A stretch of 64,000 nt of DNA from Babesia bigemina (taxonomy: Eukaryota), in NCBI RefSeq assembly GCF_000981445.1, contig NC_027216.1:1240001-1304000 (forward strand). The letters run 5' to 3'. The notes beneath the pieces were generated by a model. That model searched no databases and was not told where the DNA came from. It saw nothing but the letters and a program-made list of their open reading frames with translations. The translations under genes were made by a program, and so were the position numbers. This document shows, in pieces, positions 59,975-64,000 of this stretch. The stretch's first letter is position 1; every line of letters starts with the position of its first letter.

Positions 59975-62900
59975 ATGAACGGCGGTTATGAAGTCCTAGG
60001 GGAGGCTTCTCCATCGACAGTGGTGGACCCTGAGGAATATAAAGGTTCACTAAACCAAGAGGGGTACTCCCATACCGCGCCAGGAAAGTACCTCATCAAG
60101 TGCATGTTGATGTATACAGCAATTTGCCAGGTGGCGGTGCTGGCACTCACGTGCAACGAAATGTGCATCCCACTTGTAGACGGCATAGCACACTGGGAGA
60201 TGCGCGCTAAACCGTTTGTGGTCTCCTGGTTTGTGGGTTTCTTCACGCTCTTCATTTATTTCGTCGTCCGCAATACCTCTATCGGCAAGCGCATGTTTAT
60301 GGTCCCCGCGCCGCTACGCTCATGCGAATATGTGCTCATCATAGACAATGCGAATACAAGCAACCCCAGCGAGCAGGATGTACTAAGGTCTGTGGTGGAC
60401 TGGTGCTGCAGCGTGGCGGCTTTCATGAAGCTTAACCTCAACATACCGGACAGCGTGCTCAAGGTCACACTCGACAAGTACAAGGATGCAGCGGCGCACG
60501 TCTATGTGAAGGTCATCGAGGCAGAAAACGAGCGGTACTTCCATTACCAGTGCGTGAAATACACGTACAACTCGGAGCTCGGTATATTCGTGGACGCCTC
60601 AGCGCAAGTATCCGCCTATCTGAGAAACACCAACCTCACCGACCTGTTGGACAAGGGAGGGCTAACCGAGGCTGAATCGTTTAGGCGCACGCTGACTATC
60701 GGGCAAAACATCATCCCAGTGGAGTCGCTATCATTCTCGATGCTGCTCTACCGCGAAATATCTGATCCGGTGTTTTTCTTGCAATTGTACCTCACCATCA
60801 AAAGCATCTACTGGAAAAGCATCATCACCGCTCCCATCTGGGGTTTTATGGTGCTGTACACTATTGTGAAGAAGGTGAAGATCATCAACGATCAACAGAA
60901 CGACCTCCACCGTCTCGCCACCGCCGCATCTAATACAACAGTCACCGTTCTTCGGGAAAACATGACAAAAACCGTGCACGCTTCAGACCTTGCTGTAGGT
61001 GACATTGTGAGGGTACAGTCTAACTGGGAGGTGCCGAGCGATATGGTGATGCTTAGGGGAGACGTTATCGTAGATGAGAGCTCCATCACCGGCGAGTCGA
61101 TACCATTACGCAAGTGCAGGCTTAGTGTTGACCAGTACGGGTATTCGCTGTCCACGTTTGATTTCAACCTTTCAATTGACGGCTCCGGAAAAAGGCAATT
61201 GGCTCAGAAGGGCGTCACTGAACACCTCCTGAAAGCTGGTACGCGGATAATTGCAGTTGTCGGCAACGAAGAAATAGCTGCCTCCGCTGTGGCTGTAGTT
61301 ATAGCCACAGGGGTGTACACAACCAAGGGAAAGCAGATGAAGGGTGTTTTGTTCCCAAACCAGTTCAGGTTGAAGTACGACACGCAGCTGCCCATGGTCT
61401 TCATACTCACCTTCATATACGCGTTGGTGTGCTCTTCATACCAAATACGATTTTTGGGCTGGAACATGATCTCGTTGTTCTACTGCTTAGGCACGTTGTC
61501 GCAGGTCGCGCCGGTGTGGGCCAGTGCTGTGATGTCCATAGGGCAAAGCCGTGCTTGCGAGCGGCTGGCGAAATCCGACTCCATTTGCTGCATTGCGCCA
61601 TCTAGAATCGCAATATTCGGCAAATTAAGGGTCATGTGTTTCGACAAAACGGGAACATTGACGAACAACTCCCTCGTGTTCGATGGGCTCATGATGATTT
61701 CTCGAAACAAAAGACAGACCGTATCCCTATCTCCGGCAGACGTTAAGGGCAGCATAAACGGCATCAAGAACACAGTGCAGTTAGCCACAAGGAAAGACGA
61801 GGATACTAAGCGCCAAATTCTAACTCTGGCAATGGCTACGTGCCACTCGCTATTTCCCCACGACGGCGACAGTGAACACCTAGGCAACCAGGTGGACAAG
61901 TCGTAAGTTAATTCTCCACCATAGCATCATTAATTTCATTGCAGCATGTTCCACGCAACTGGATGCTTGGTGGAGCAGTTTATCGACTCGGATGGTAACA
62001 CAAGGCGTTATATAAGGTGCCCAAGCAACCGGGACCTCGTGCTAGAAGTCTTGCGAACGTTCGACTTCCACTACCAGAAGAAGTTGTCATCCATTGTCGT
62101 TTCTGTTAAATCCAAGGACTCCGACAAAGGCAGCATCTTCGTGTTTGTAAAAGGCGCTTACGAAAATGTGGTGGCGTGCTCTACGGGTAGCTTTGTAGAG
62201 CTCGACCGGCTAGCCAAGGCGCAGTCGGAATCGGGCAGTTACGTCCTTGGCATAGGATACAAAATCATTTCTGAGGATGAAATTATCGCAAAACGTGAAT
62301 CGATCGAATCGAAACTCACCATGGGGGGACTACTTGTATTTAACAACTCAGTGCGCGAGGAGAGCGCATCGGTAGTGGCCAAACTTCAGGAAGCCAAAGT
62401 GCGCCCTGTCATATTGACTGGAGATAACGTGCCGGCATCTCAATTCGTGGCAAAGTCATTGGGCATGTTTGGCGATGGTGGCTCTCCTGGGCCGAACGCC
62501 GAACTAATAGATGACAACTTAGTGTGGCACTTCCCGCATAACGCAATCGATGAGGAAACGCTGTACTTTGGAACTGACTGCGACAACCTCTCCATCACCG
62601 GTGACGCGTTTGATCGCATAGATGAAGATTGGGAAAGCATCCTTAAAGTCTACGACCGGTGGACTACGAACAAGACCGCCAATGAGAACCTGTTCGAGCA
62701 GTTCCTTTTGAGGGTACGCATTTTCGCACGCCTGAACCCTCACCAAAAAGTCCGCGTCATCAATGCATTCAAAAGGCTCGGCATTATAACCGGGATGTGC
62801 GGCGACGGTACAAACGACTGCCTTGCACTTCAAGCATCACATGCTGGAGTGTCGCTTACAAATGTTAGTTTCACTTCTTGAATCACCTTACGTGTTTTAG

Positions 62901-64000
62901 GGAACTGCATCTATGGTTGCGCCATTCACGTCGAAGAACAACACACTGCAGTCGGTGATAACTCTTATAAGGTAAACGACGACAGCTGTTTTTAGTGCAT
63001 CCGCAACGCAGGGAAGGCAGGGGCTCCCTGGTGACGTCGTTGGCATGCTTCAAATTCATGCTTCTGTTCGGGCTCATGATCGCATTGGTGAAAGTATTTT
63101 TGTTCAAGACGTGCCGCGGCGTGATGCCGGAGTGGGGATACTTACTATTGGAGAATGCGATCCTCCTCAGCCTCAGCCACACCATGGCGCTATCCAGGTA
63201 CCGAGTCACACCACATACGTCTCATTGAACGTCAGACCCAACGACAAGCTCAGAATCAGATCGCCAACGTCTAGTCTGCTGGGACCACTGTCCCTGAGCT
63301 CCATTGGCCTTATGTTCGGAACCAACATCATATTCCTTATACTGCTTTTCAAGCTTTACGCGTATACAGGCAGGTTCTGAGATAAAATATTAAAACCTTG
63401 CCCAGGCACGCCAACAAGCTTGGAGTATAATAGCAAAATGAATGTGGCAAGCTGGTGGATGCTGTAAGTGCGCAATGCGTATACCGTCACCATGGTGCAG
63501 GTCGGACAATTTCGAGGCGCCGACGGTCTGCCTGTGGCTCTGCTACCAGGTGGCCAACGCCGCTCTCGTGTTTAGTTTCGGTGGTATATTCAGGGAGTCC
63601 GTATTCAGGAACACCTACTTTACGCTGTACGTTTGCCGCTAGGGTATATACCAATTTGCAGGACATGGCTGGGCATCAATGGGATCCTTACGCTATTGCT
63701 GTTCTCGGGGCCCTCCAGGTTGACATGCTTGTTCCGCATCAATTGCACAGATGAAGTGTCACGCCAAACCGTCTTCCCGGTGCTGCGAGTCCTAACTACG
63801 AGCGCCAACGGGCACCCCTTCAGCGGACAGGGCGGTCACAACGTCCTCTCTACTAAATTCAGGGTTGGTGGAAAGCACAGTAACCCAGACATTATGCAGG
63901 TGTTATTCCTCGCTCTCAACGTCGCTAATGCAGTCGTCAACGGCCTTATATCGAAATTCCTGCTGGGCAGCGAATCCCTCAAGGCGATGAGCTCTCTTAT
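59975..64000 (+). CDS. P5-type cation/polyamine-transporting ATPase (ATP13A-like), multi-exon, 3' truncated
   Basis: VPSDM, DESSITGES, CFDKTGTLT, VKGAYE, ILTGDN, FARLNPHQK, GMCGDGTNDC, REGRGSL, WWMLSDNFE. Confidence 0.93.

Overview
Gene-dense eukaryotic nuclear DNA from a piroplasm. Short 34-45 nt introns and a short ves-like gene point to a Babesia of the B. bigemina/ovata/caballi type. About 33 genes are supported. They include a NEK kinase, two tandem choline/ethanolamine kinases, a bromodomain+ET protein, LSm1, CDC48, SRR1, ISWI, PanK2, GRP94, TRAPPC8, a short ves-like gene, an RNase PH exosome subunit, proteasome beta-2, a Hakai-like RING/C2H2 protein, a BRCA2-like gene, Rpr2, Sec31, an importin-11-like protein and a P5 ATPase running off the right end. 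Five observations stand out, mostly visible only after manual splicing. (1) Four highly diverged small secreted paralogues at 42.1-44.9 kb share a Cys framework, paired Cys losses and an intron position. (2) Same-strand, operon-like start/stop overlaps occur at ISWI-SRR1 (ATGA) and between secreted genes 1 and 2 (8 nt). (3) A 730 nt near-identical tract links the two kinase paralogues and ends exactly at the catalytic motif. (4) A cryptic three-exon Hakai-like gene is present. (5) Several GC-AG introns are predicted. All exon structures were inferred by eye; no database search was run.
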